Below are positions 29,231 to 37,727 of a DNA stretch of 64,000 bases, piece by piece. Below the pieces are notes generated by a model. It was not told the DNA's origin and ran no database searches. It saw only the letters and a list, made by a program, of their open reading frames with translations. This DNA is from Candidatus Caenarcanales bacterium (GTDB taxonomy: Bacteria > Cyanobacteriota > Vampirovibrionia > LMEP-6097): NCBI GenBank assembly GCA_022447685.1, contig JAKVAO010000005.1, positions 1,624-65,623 of the forward strand, written 5' to 3'. How positions within the stretch are numbered: the first letter of the stretch is position 1; each line of letters starts with the position of its first letter. Made by a program: the position numbers and the translations under genes.

Positions 29231-31474
29231 TTAGAGAATTCTTAGTACTTCATCGAGAATTTGGTTCATTGTACTGAAGGCTCTTGCGTTAGCACTGAAG
29301 GCATTTTGGAAGACAAGTAAGTTTGCGGCCTCTTCTTCTAATGAAACACCACTGATACTTTTTCTTTGATTGTCTATAGCTTCTTCTAGAGTCTCTGAGG
29401 TTTCTCTGTTTTCGATGTCGATACTGGCAATTTGTCCGAGGCTACCAATGGTTTTAGCCATTTTGGTATTAAAGTTTTTAGAAACATCGGCTGAATTTTG
29501 GTAAACCTCAATACCGAAGTGTCCAAAGTTATCACCTAAGACATTGGTTCCAAAGGAAGCGTTGTTGGTAATAAACTCTACATATGCAGTTCCTGCTGGT
29601 GTAAGACCATTCCAGGTAACTGTGTCATTTGGGCTTCCACCGCCTACTAGGTTTTGTATTGGGAGTATAGGGTTATTGGCTGCATCTACGAAACGAATTT
29701 GGATGAATGAATCTGTACCTGTACCAATTCCGTTATTGTTTCCAGCATTGACCTGCGTACCGCCATCATCTACAAAACCAGAAACAATAATATCTAGATT
29801 TTCGTTCTCTCTTACGGCGAGTGTAGATCTGACTGTATTCATTGCTCCAGCGTCTGGTTTTATGAATAATTTCTCTGCTTGATTGGTATCACTTACAATT
29901 GCTGTGTTTTGGAAGAATAATTCTGAAAGCTCAGAGACTATACTATTGTCACCAGCACCAATACCAAGTGCAGTGTTTTCACCTAGTGCAATTAAGCTGT
30001 TGTCGTTTAAAATAGTGTTAGATATTGAGAAATCAGCAGCTGTATTACCTGTGAAGAAATCTATACCTGGAGTACCATCTAATTGATTACCAACTTTAAA
30101 TAGATTGTTGACAATATCTTTAATCTGCATAGCAAAATCTGATAATTCTTTACGCATTTCAGGGACTCTTTCGTTTGTCGCATCGATTAAACCAGATATT
30201 TTACCAGTTGTTGTGAGTATAGTTCCTTCTCTCACACCATTTTGAGTTAATATGAGACGAGCAGGATGTGCATCGGTCTTGCCATTACCTTGTTCAACTT
30301 CTATGTCGTAGGTTTTACCAGAACTGTCTAGAAGTGTGACATCGAGTGGGGGGGCACCAGTGGATGTCGCTGCTGTTGGGTAGGGACCTGCAGGGAGACC
30401 AAGTGTTACGGCAGCATTCGTCCCTGTTGCAACTTCAATTAAGCTAGTTGTATTAATTTGTGAGCCAGTGACTAATCTATTACTTAAGAAGATTTGATTG
30501 TCATCATCTAGTGATGCTACACTTCCTAGACCACCAGCGTTTTTGAAGCTTTGATTGATTCTTTCTACAACTTCTCTTGCAGATGAATTAGGTTCAAAGT
30601 TAGTAGTGAAAGTTAAAGGACCTGTGGTACCATCACCGTTGTTAACAGTTAGGTTAAGTACATTGGTACCATAACCAATACCAGCAATTGCTGTGTCAGG
30701 ATTTGTGAAAGCAATGTTACCGTTTAGCTGTGGTTCACCTGGAGTGCCAACAGCTGTGTCTTCATAGAGATTTGCTCTGACTTGATAAAATTCTCCATCC
30801 TGACCTAGTTTTATATCTAAGTCTATAGATCTGTTTAATTCATCCAATAGTGCGTCTCTTTGATCTTGAAGACTTGTTGCATCACGTCCTATAGCTCTTA
30901 GTAAGTTGATTTGTTTTTGTACATCTGCAACAGCTTCTAGTTGACTATTTAAATCATCTACTGCAGCATTCAAAATACCGTTTGGCATTGTGTCAATATC
31001 TTCTTTGATCTTGACCATGCTTTCATCTAAGGCTTGAAAGCTTTCTGTTAAAGCTCTTGCTGCATTCACGAAAGTGGTTCTTAATGTCTCTAATTCAGGG
31101 TTCGCTGCAAGGTCATTTGCTGCTGTGAAGAAATCTTGAAGTTTTTCATTGATTGTAATGTTGTTAGGATCACCTAATAAATCATTTATATTTGAGCTAA
31201 CGGTGCTTAGTTCGTCATAATAAGCAGCATCTGCAATGTGGTTTCGGTATTGCAAGTCTAAGAAAAAGTTTTTAGCTCTTGTTATTTCCTCAACGTAGAC
31301 ACCACTAGGTATATCTTTCTCTGCTATGTATAAAGTGTTAGCATCATTTTGGGTGACCATCTTACGCGAATAATTTTCGGTGTTGGTATTTGCTATGTTC
31401 TGGTTAGTGACATTAAGACCAGTTTGAGAGGCTTGCATCCCAGATAAACTTATTAATAAACCTTGAAAACTCAT
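29231..31474 (-). CDS. flgK: Flagellar hook-associated protein 1, paralog 2
   Basis: GMQASQTGLNVTNQNIANTNTENYSRK; LQDQRDALLDELN; C-terminal SISGVSLEEEAANLLVFQNAFSANAR. Confidence 0.9.
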   Translation of the reverse strand: MSFQGLLISLSGMQASQTGLNVTNQNIANTNTENYSRKMVTQNDANTLYIAEKDIPSGVYVEEITRAKNFFLDLQYRNHIADAAYYDELSTVSSNINDLLGDPNNITINEKLQDFFTAANDLAANPELETLRTTFVNAARALTESFQALDESMVKIKEDIDTMPNGILNAAVDDLNSQLEAVADVQKQINLLRAIGRDATSLQDQRDALLDELNRSIDLDIKLGQDGEFYQVRANLYEDTAVGTPGEPQLNGNIAFTNPDTAIAGIGYGTNVLNLTVNNGDGTTGPLTFTTNFEPNSSAREVVERINQSFKNAGGLGSVASLDDDNQIFLSNRLVTGSQINTTSLIEVATGTNAAVTLGLPAGPYPTAATSTGAPPLDVTLLDSSGKTYDIEVEQGNGKTDAHPARLILTQNGVREGTILTTTGKISGLIDATNERVPEMRKELSDFAMQIKDIVNNLFKVGNQLDGTPGIDFFTGNTAADFSISNTILNDNSLIALGENTALGIGAGDNSIVSELSELFFQNTAIVSDTNQAEKLFIKPDAGAMNTVRSTLAVRENENLDIIVSGFVDDGGTQVNAGNNNGIGTGTDSFIQIRFVDAANNPILPIQNLVGGGSPNDTVTWNGLTPAGTAYVEFITNNASFGTNVLGDNFGHFGIEVYQNSADVSKNFNTKMAKTIGSLGQIASIDIENRETSETLEEAIDNQRKSISGVSLEEEAANLLVFQNAFSANARAFSTMNQILDEVLRIL

Positions 31475-31489
31475 CTAAACTTAACTCCC

Positions 31490-32740
31490 CTATCTTAAAA
31501 AATTATTCAATGATGAATTGAAAAAACTTGCTGCTGTGTCTATAGAACTATTTAACCGCGATTGTGCTGTATTTAACTGTAAATTGGCTTCGACAAAATC
31601 AGCATCTTTGACTCTTGAAAGAGCTGTTTCTAACTGGTTTCCAAGTTTATCGTTGATTTCGTTGAGGTTCTGAATACGTTTAATGGTTAGTCCCATTCTT
31701 GCTCTGATGTCGAGTAAGAATGTGGTATTTTCATCGATTTGTTTGATTAAGCCTTGAACAGTTGTTTGATCACCAGCTTCTAGTGCTGTCTCTAAGGCTG
31801 CAATGATTCTTAAGGTACCAATGTCGTCGCCTCTTGCACTAGAGTTATTGAAGCCAATCTCAGATAATACCGTCTGGTTACTAGTATCTTGGATTGAGAT
31901 ACGTGCTTCAGCATTAGTAAGGCTAGTACCAATTAAACTAGTATCAAGCTTGATTTGATAGGTTGGATCTTCAGCTGCAATAGCACCGACACCACCAGCT
32001 GTGGTATATGCGGTATTTATATTTGCTATTATCGTTGCCATATTAGCTGCTGCTGGTATATTTGCAGTGAAATTAATTTCACCACCATTGCCATCATTAA
32101 CAACAAAGTCAAGGTTACCACCAGCTGCCGAAGCTGGGTTAAGATTAATGCCTTGTATTACTGCTGGTCTTCCTTGACCTATTAATGCATCTTTGATGTC
32201 GAAGGTATACTCTATATTCTCTGTACTTTTTTGTCTTTCATTATCTAAACCTTCTTTGTAAACAGCAAGATCAAAGCTGTCATTTGCATCAAGAAGCTGA
32301 AAAGGTGTTAGGTTACTTTGTTTACCAGAGAAAATATACTGCTCCCCAGATTTGGTGTTCGCTAGCTGTATCATCGCTTCACCTATACTTCTAAGTTCAG
32401 TGATATAACTTCTAAAAACACTTTCATCATTAGTTGCATTAGTTGCTGTGATTGCTATTTCTTTTAATCTGTCTACATTGTCCTTCATTCCAGCAAGGGC
32501 ATTTTCTGCAAGCTCAACTTGGGTTAAAGCATTATTCCTATTTGTAATAGTTTGATCGTTTTGAAGTATTTGTCCTTGGAAGTCAAGTGATAATGTATTT
32601 GCTCTTGGGTCTTCAAAGTTGTTTGCAAAAGCATTTCCTGAGTTGATTTTGTTAGAAGAGTTGATCAATAGCTCTTGGTTAAGCAAGATATTGCTGTGGA
32701 AGTGGTTGAATATTTGTTTAGTGCTGAGTCTATCTACCAT
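31490..32740 (-). CDS. flgL: Flagellar hook-associated protein 3, paralog 2
   Basis: RLSTKQIF..INSG..FEDP; LANTKSGEQYIFSGKQ; RARMGL..SRVKDADFVEANLQL. Confidence 0.85.
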   Translation of the reverse strand: MVDRLSTKQIFNHFHSNILLNQELLINSSNKINSGNAFANNFEDPRANTLSLDFQGQILQNDQTITNRNNALTQVELAENALAGMKDNVDRLKEIAITATNATNDESVFRSYITELRSIGEAMIQLANTKSGEQYIFSGKQSNLTPFQLLDANDSFDLAVYKEGLDNERQKSTENIEYTFDIKDALIGQGRPAVIQGINLNPASAAGGNLDFVVNDGNGGEINFTANIPAAANMATIIANINTAYTTAGGVGAIAAEDPTYQIKLDTSLIGTSLTNAEARISIQDTSNQTVLSEIGFNNSSARGDDIGTLRIIAALETALEAGDQTTVQGLIKQIDENTTFLLDIRARMGLTIKRIQNLNEINDKLGNQLETALSRVKDADFVEANLQLNTAQSRLNSSIDTAASFFNSSLNNFLR

Positions 32741-32743
32741 GTC

Positions 32744-34024
32744 TTAAAAATTCACAAAATTAAAAATACTTGCGTTTACTATTGTTGTTGCGTTCCTTAA
32801 AAGAGTGTCCATTACTAATTTAGATTGATTAGCTTCTACTATCGCTTCAGCTATAGGCATATCTTGCAAAGCTGATCTTTTGAGTTTGAGTGAAGTTACT
32901 TGGTCTTCATCTGCCGTTCTAGAGTCTTTGAAATCATTGAGTAAATTACCAGCAAGTGTTTGTTTACCAATTAATCTCTCAAGGTTAGCATCGACATCAA
33001 CCATTAAAGAACGTACTCTCTCCACATCATTAGCAAAGTAGGCTTGCTGTAGTTGTTCAAGTGTATTCTGGAGATTTTGACTAGTACCTTTTTGCTTTTG
33101 AGCGATAATATTGAGATCATCAAGTACGCTAGGTTGATTTACTGTAGTTCCATTACTAATAGTTATAGAAGCAGCTTCATTATCAGTTGAACCTGTGATT
33201 AGTGATGTGTTGAATTCTAGTATTCCTGATGCTGGTGGATTTTCTTGCACTATTGTGCCATTTAAACCTGCGGTGTTTGCGGCACCATTAATGATTGCAA
33301 TCACATTTGCTATTGGAGTTGTACCACCGGGGATATTTATATCTCCTGTGTCTATTGTATTGCCATTACCATCATTGACAACAAGTCTAATATCTCCGCC
33401 AAGTGTAATTGGTATTGTGATTGCTGCAGAGCTACTAACTACAGCAGGTCCAGGAGTGGAGTTGAAAATGGTTTCTAATCCTACACTAGATTGCATTCCA
33501 TAGATTTGTCTGGGCCCTGAATCTAGTTCACCTTCTAAAAATTGATTGTTGTTGAAAATATTATTTGGGTCAAATTTAATTGTTTGTTTATCAGATTGTT
33601 TGCCTGAAAAAATATATTGACCATTGAGCTGTGAGTTTGCAAGTCTGAAAATTGTTTCTGCTGTTGAGTCTAATACTTCACCAAAGGCTTCTCTATCTTT
33701 TGCGTTTACAGTTGTATTACTTGCAAATAGTGCGTCGGTTTTTACTTGGTCAACTAAATTCTTGATATCGCTAATAGTTCTTTCACTAATTTCAATCAGT
33801 GATTCAACGTTACCTTTGACGCCTGATTGTTCTTCAGCTTCATTTATTCTGTTGCCGAGTTCTGTGATTTGTTTTACAGCTTTAGGATCATCGCCTAATT
33901 CAAGAATCTTTTCACCAGAGTTTAACTGTAAGCTACTTCTAATATAGCTACTTTGGCTACTTAGTAAACTAGATCTGACCTCATTGAAGCCTTGAAGAAA
34001 GCCGATTCGACCAATTCCACTCAT
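32744..34024 (-). CDS. flgL: Flagellar hook-associated protein 3, paralog 1
   Basis: QLNSGEKI..DDP; LANSQLNGQYIFSGKQ; LQDMPIAEAIVE..SIFNFV. Confidence 0.85.
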   Translation of the reverse strand: MSGIGRIGFLQGFNEVRSSLLSSQSSYIRSSLQLNSGEKILELGDDPKAVKQITELGNRINEAEEQSGVKGNVESLIEISERTISDIKNLVDQVKTDALFASNTTVNAKDREAFGEVLDSTAETIFRLANSQLNGQYIFSGKQSDKQTIKFDPNNIFNNNQFLEGELDSGPRQIYGMQSSVGLETIFNSTPGPAVVSSSAAITIPITLGGDIRLVVNDGNGNTIDTGDINIPGGTTPIANVIAIINGAANTAGLNGTIVQENPPASGILEFNTSLITGSTDNEAASITISNGTTVNQPSVLDDLNIIAQKQKGTSQNLQNTLEQLQQAYFANDVERVRSLMVDVDANLERLIGKQTLAGNLLNDFKDSRTADEDQVTSLKLKRSALQDMPIAEAIVEANQSKLVMDTLLRNATTIVNASIFNFVNF

Positions 34025-34107
34025 ATATCTATTAAGTACAAACTTTATAGTTTTTTTGCTAGATTTTTGTGCTTATTTTCACTTTAAACATCAGCTGCTT
34101 ATACTAG

Positions 34108-36336
34108 TTAAAATGCACTAAGTATCTCAGTAATAGATTGATCCAGGGCGGAAAAAGCCCTTGCGTTGGCAGAAAAAGCTTTCTGGTATCTGATAAGATT
34201 TGCAGCTTCTTCTTCTAAATTGACTTCTTCAAATGCACTTCTCTGAGCATTAATGGCTTTTACTATTCCATTATAGGTTTCGGCATTGATTTCAGCTTGG
34301 AAATTTTCCTCATTTAGTCTTGAAACCATTTCACTATAGGCAACTTGAAAACTTCTACTGGTATCATTTCTTACTGAATTGGGAACTATCTCTATTTCGA
34401 AATGCCCAAAGTTATTGCTTAGATCATTATCTCCAAAGCTAGCACCATTCATTAATACTCCAATAAAAGCTGCTCCTGCTGGTGGAGTGCCTTCCCAGTT
34501 ACCTTCTTTGGCTGGTAATGGGGCTCCAGCTAGATTGGTAGGTAGTCCAATCGGGGTATAAGATTCATCATAAAACTGAACTTGGACTAGGCTATCTGCT
34601 CCAATGCCGTTATTACCCGCGTTATAAACTTGACCATCACCGTCATCATTTATTATTCCCTTTGCTCTAACTTGGTAAAGTGTTGCAGGATTGATTGGTA
34701 GGAAGGATCTATTCGGGTTTGGGTCACTGGCTTTCAGGTAGAGTTTATCGGTCTCTTTCTTGTGATTCATCAAAGCAGTATTGCCATTATAAAATTCAGC
34801 AATTTCTTCAATAATTGTATTGTCACTTACTGTAATCCCTCCAGCATTTTTCACTTCTCCAACAGCAAGTAAGCTGGGATCATTAGTAACTAGAGGGTTT
34901 ACTCGAAAATTCTCTGCTGAATTACCCTCAAAAAGTGGTGTGCCATTATTTCCTTTCTCGTCAGTAGCAACACTTAGTATGTTGTTGACAAGTGTTTTGA
35001 AATTTACGGCAAAGTTTGAAAGCTCTCTTCTTGCATTTGGTACGGCAACTTCAAGGGTAAATAATTGGGCACCAATATCTCCTCTGCTGATATCAATAGT
35101 TCCAAAGGAAGTGCCATTTGGATTTTTAAGAAATAGTTTAGTTGGGTGGACTCCATCCTGAATATCATCGTTACCAAAGTCAATATCAATAGGGTAAAAA
35201 AGCTGTTTTGCATTCAATAAAACTATACTCTCAGGGTTTTTGCCGTTTACTGTAGTCGGTGCAGCAGGTAAGCCTAATGCGGCGGCGGCAGGTGAAGGGG
35301 CTACTATGCTGATTGAACTAGTTGCATTAAGGATATTATCATCAACTAATCTTGTCTCAAGTACAATTTGTCCTGCATTATCCACGGAGGCTACGCTACC
35401 ATTACCACCAAAAGCTCTGAAGTGAAGGTTAATACTTTCCACAGCCTCTCTAGGAGTTGCATTATCTGGTAAATTTACTGTGAAGTTGGTTAAGGCGCCA
35501 TTACCGTTGTTTACACTTAAATTAAGTTCTCTGTTTCCCGGACCAATTGCAGGAGCTATTGGAATATCAAAGTCTGAAAATACTATTGAACCAGTTATCA
35601 CAGCTTCTTCATTTGGACTGAGGTAAGTTGGCATTCTGATTTCATAGATATCTCCGTTTTGATTAGTCCTGAAATCAAAATCTATCATCCCTTTTAGATC
35701 CCGGATAAGAGCATCTCTTTGATCTTCAAAGCTACTTACATCGATATTATTAACTTTTAGTATATTAATTTGTTTTTGCGCACTCGCTAACTTAACTAGT
35801 CTTGAATTAAGAATATCAATAGATTGTCTCAATTCACCTTTGATTGGTGAATTTACACCTTCACTAATTTTTCTTAAGCTAGTATCAACAATATTAATAC
35901 TATTAGCTAGTCCAGAGGCGGCATCAAGAAAGCTTCTTCTAAATGTAGAGTTGGTCGGCTCATTGGAGAGGTCATTTGCTGCATCATAGAAAGTTTGCAT
36001 TCTTTCATTGATTACCTGGTCTGTTGGTGTTCCGAGTATTTGGGTGATTTGAGAGGCAACATTCGCTACTCTATCAAAAAATTCAAGCTGGGTAATATTA
36101 TTTCCATATTGTACTTCTAGAAATTGATTTTTTGCTCTCTGTATATTCTCGACTCTTACACTAGTGCCGACTAGCTTGCCAGGTACTAATTCTTGGGCAA
36201 CTACGTTTTGTTGGTTTATTAATTTTCTTGTGTAATTCTCTGTATTAGCATTCGCTATATTATTACCCGTGATTCTCAAGCCTGATTGAGAAACCATCAT
36301 GCCATTTACAGTTAAATTTAAGCCTTGAATGCTCAT
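34108..36336 (-). CDS. flgK: Flagellar hook-associated protein 1, paralog 1
   Basis: GLRITGNNIANANTENYTRK; FEDQRDALIRDL; EVNLEEEAANLIRYQKAFSANAR. Confidence 0.9.
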   Translation of the reverse strand: MSIQGLNLTVNGMMVSQSGLRITGNNIANANTENYTRKLINQQNVVAQELVPGKLVGTSVRVENIQRAKNQFLEVQYGNNITQLEFFDRVANVASQITQILGTPTDQVINERMQTFYDAANDLSNEPTNSTFRRSFLDAASGLANSINIVDTSLRKISEGVNSPIKGELRQSIDILNSRLVKLASAQKQINILKVNNIDVSSFEDQRDALIRDLKGMIDFDFRTNQNGDIYEIRMPTYLSPNEEAVITGSIVFSDFDIPIAPAIGPGNRELNLSVNNGNGALTNFTVNLPDNATPREAVESINLHFRAFGGNGSVASVDNAGQIVLETRLVDDNILNATSSISIVAPSPAAAALGLPAAPTTVNGKNPESIVLLNAKQLFYPIDIDFGNDDIQDGVHPTKLFLKNPNGTSFGTIDISRGDIGAQLFTLEVAVPNARRELSNFAVNFKTLVNNILSVATDEKGNNGTPLFEGNSAENFRVNPLVTNDPSLLAVGEVKNAGGITVSDNTIIEEIAEFYNGNTALMNHKKETDKLYLKASDPNPNRSFLPINPATLYQVRAKGIINDDGDGQVYNAGNNGIGADSLVQVQFYDESYTPIGLPTNLAGAPLPAKEGNWEGTPPAGAAFIGVLMNGASFGDNDLSNNFGHFEIEIVPNSVRNDTSRSFQVAYSEMVSRLNEENFQAEINAETYNGIVKAINAQRSAFEEVNLEEEAANLIRYQKAFSANARAFSALDQSITEILSAF

Positions 36337-36478
36337 TTATTGCTACTAGAAGTCACTGGATTTAAGGGGGATTTTAGTGAGATTACGGGATATGAACTAT
36401 TTAGACCCCTAAATTTTGACTTTTACCTAGATTTCTGAACCTAATTTGTAATATCATAAGAGCTAAAAGGTTGATTTT

Positions 36479-37627
36479 ATGAGTAAAATTCAGAGTTATC
36501 TTGACCTAATGCTTAGCGGTAATCATCTACCTGACCCAGCTAACTCGAAAATTGCTGTAGCAATGAGTGGAGGGGTGGATAGTTCTGTGGCAATCTATAT
36601 ACTAAAAGAACTAGGTTATGAGGTCTTTGGGATTACTGCATGGCTAATATCAGGTTCGGGTAAATGTTGTGATAATGGTGTTGTTGATGCCGTGAAGGTC
36701 TGTGATCAATTAGGTGTGGAACATCACGCTGTAGATCTAAGGCAAGCTTTTGCTGATGGAATCATCAAAGATTTTCATGAATCTTATGCGCGTGGGGAAA
36801 CTCCAATTCCTTGTATTTCTTGTAACAATGACATGAAGTGGGGATCTTTACTTCAGTATTCTTTAGAGAATTTGGGGGCAAGCCATTTAGCTTCTGGGCA
36901 CTACGCAAAGCTTAGTTTTGATGAAAGTACTAGTAATTTTGATTTACATCGTCCAGTTGAAGCGAAGAAAGATCAGAGTTATATGCTCTGGGGGTTGAAT
37001 CAAGACCAGTTAGCTAAAACTATATTTCCTTTAGCAGACTTTACTAAGGAACAGATTCGGGAGATTGCTGAACTTGGGGATTTATGTGTTGCTAACAAAG
37101 AAGAATCACAGGATATTTGTTTTGTAAGTAATGGTATGACTAACTCTGAGTATTTGACTAAGATTCTAGGTGAAAAAGAGGGACCTATTATTTTAGCTAG
37201 TACTGGTGAGGAATTAGCTAAGCATACAGGTAGTTTTAATTATACCTATGGTCAGAGAAAGGGTTTGAAGATTGCTTATAAAGAACCTTTATATGTAACT
37301 AAGATTGATTCTGACGCTAATATTGTATATGTTGGAACTAAAGAAGAGCTTCTTTCTCAGAAAGCTGTGGGTAATAGGGTGAATATGACGGCTAAAGTTA
37401 ATTTAGACGATAGTAATTCATTTGAAGCTTTGACTAAGATTCGTTATAACTCTAAGCCTAGTCTTGCTAGGGTTTATATGGATTCAGTAGATTCTGATTA
37501 CTTAGAAGTTGAGTTCAAAGAACCAGTAGAGGCTGTGACTCCAGGTCAGGCTATGGTTTTTTATGATCCTGTAGATACCGCTAAAGTGCTTGGTGGTGCC
37601 TGGATTGATGGTGTTTCTGTTTTATAA
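36479..37627 (+). CDS. mnmA: tRNA 2-thiouridylase
   Basis: VAMSGGVDSS, PCISCN, GHYA, KDQSYML, ESQDICF, YTYGQRKG, TPGQ. Confidence 0.98.
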   Translation: MSKIQSYLDLMLSGNHLPDPANSKIAVAMSGGVDSSVAIYILKELGYEVFGITAWLISGSGKCCDNGVVDAVKVCDQLGVEHHAVDLRQAFADGIIKDFHESYARGETPIPCISCNNDMKWGSLLQYSLENLGASHLASGHYAKLSFDESTSNFDLHRPVEAKKDQSYMLWGLNQDQLAKTIFPLADFTKEQIREIAELGDLCVANKEESQDICFVSNGMTNSEYLTKILGEKEGPIILASTGEELAKHTGSFNYTYGQRKGLKIAYKEPLYVTKIDSDANIVYVGTKEELLSQKAVGNRVNMTAKVNLDDSNSFEALTKIRYNSKPSLARVYMDSVDSDYLEVEFKEPVEAVTPGQAMVFYDPVDTAKVLGGAWIDGVSVL

Positions 37628-37727
37628 TATTTCAGCTTGACTAGTTAAGATAATTCATGTTACCCTGTTTCCTTTAAATAAGTATTGTTATGTGTATTGA
37701 GGGTTAATTTAAGATTTATCTTGGCTT

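Noticed and set aside
25622-35425. Plus-strand ORFs opposite the orphan and flgK/flgL genes (e.g. 25622-26014, 29544-29882, 33195-33503, 33624-33947, 34820-35161)
   Set aside because: Fully overlapped antisense frames whose composition reflects the codon bias of the real genes.
36340-36478. Sigma-28 promoter upstream of flgK1
   Set aside because: No TAAA-N15-GCCGATAA match with acceptable spacing.
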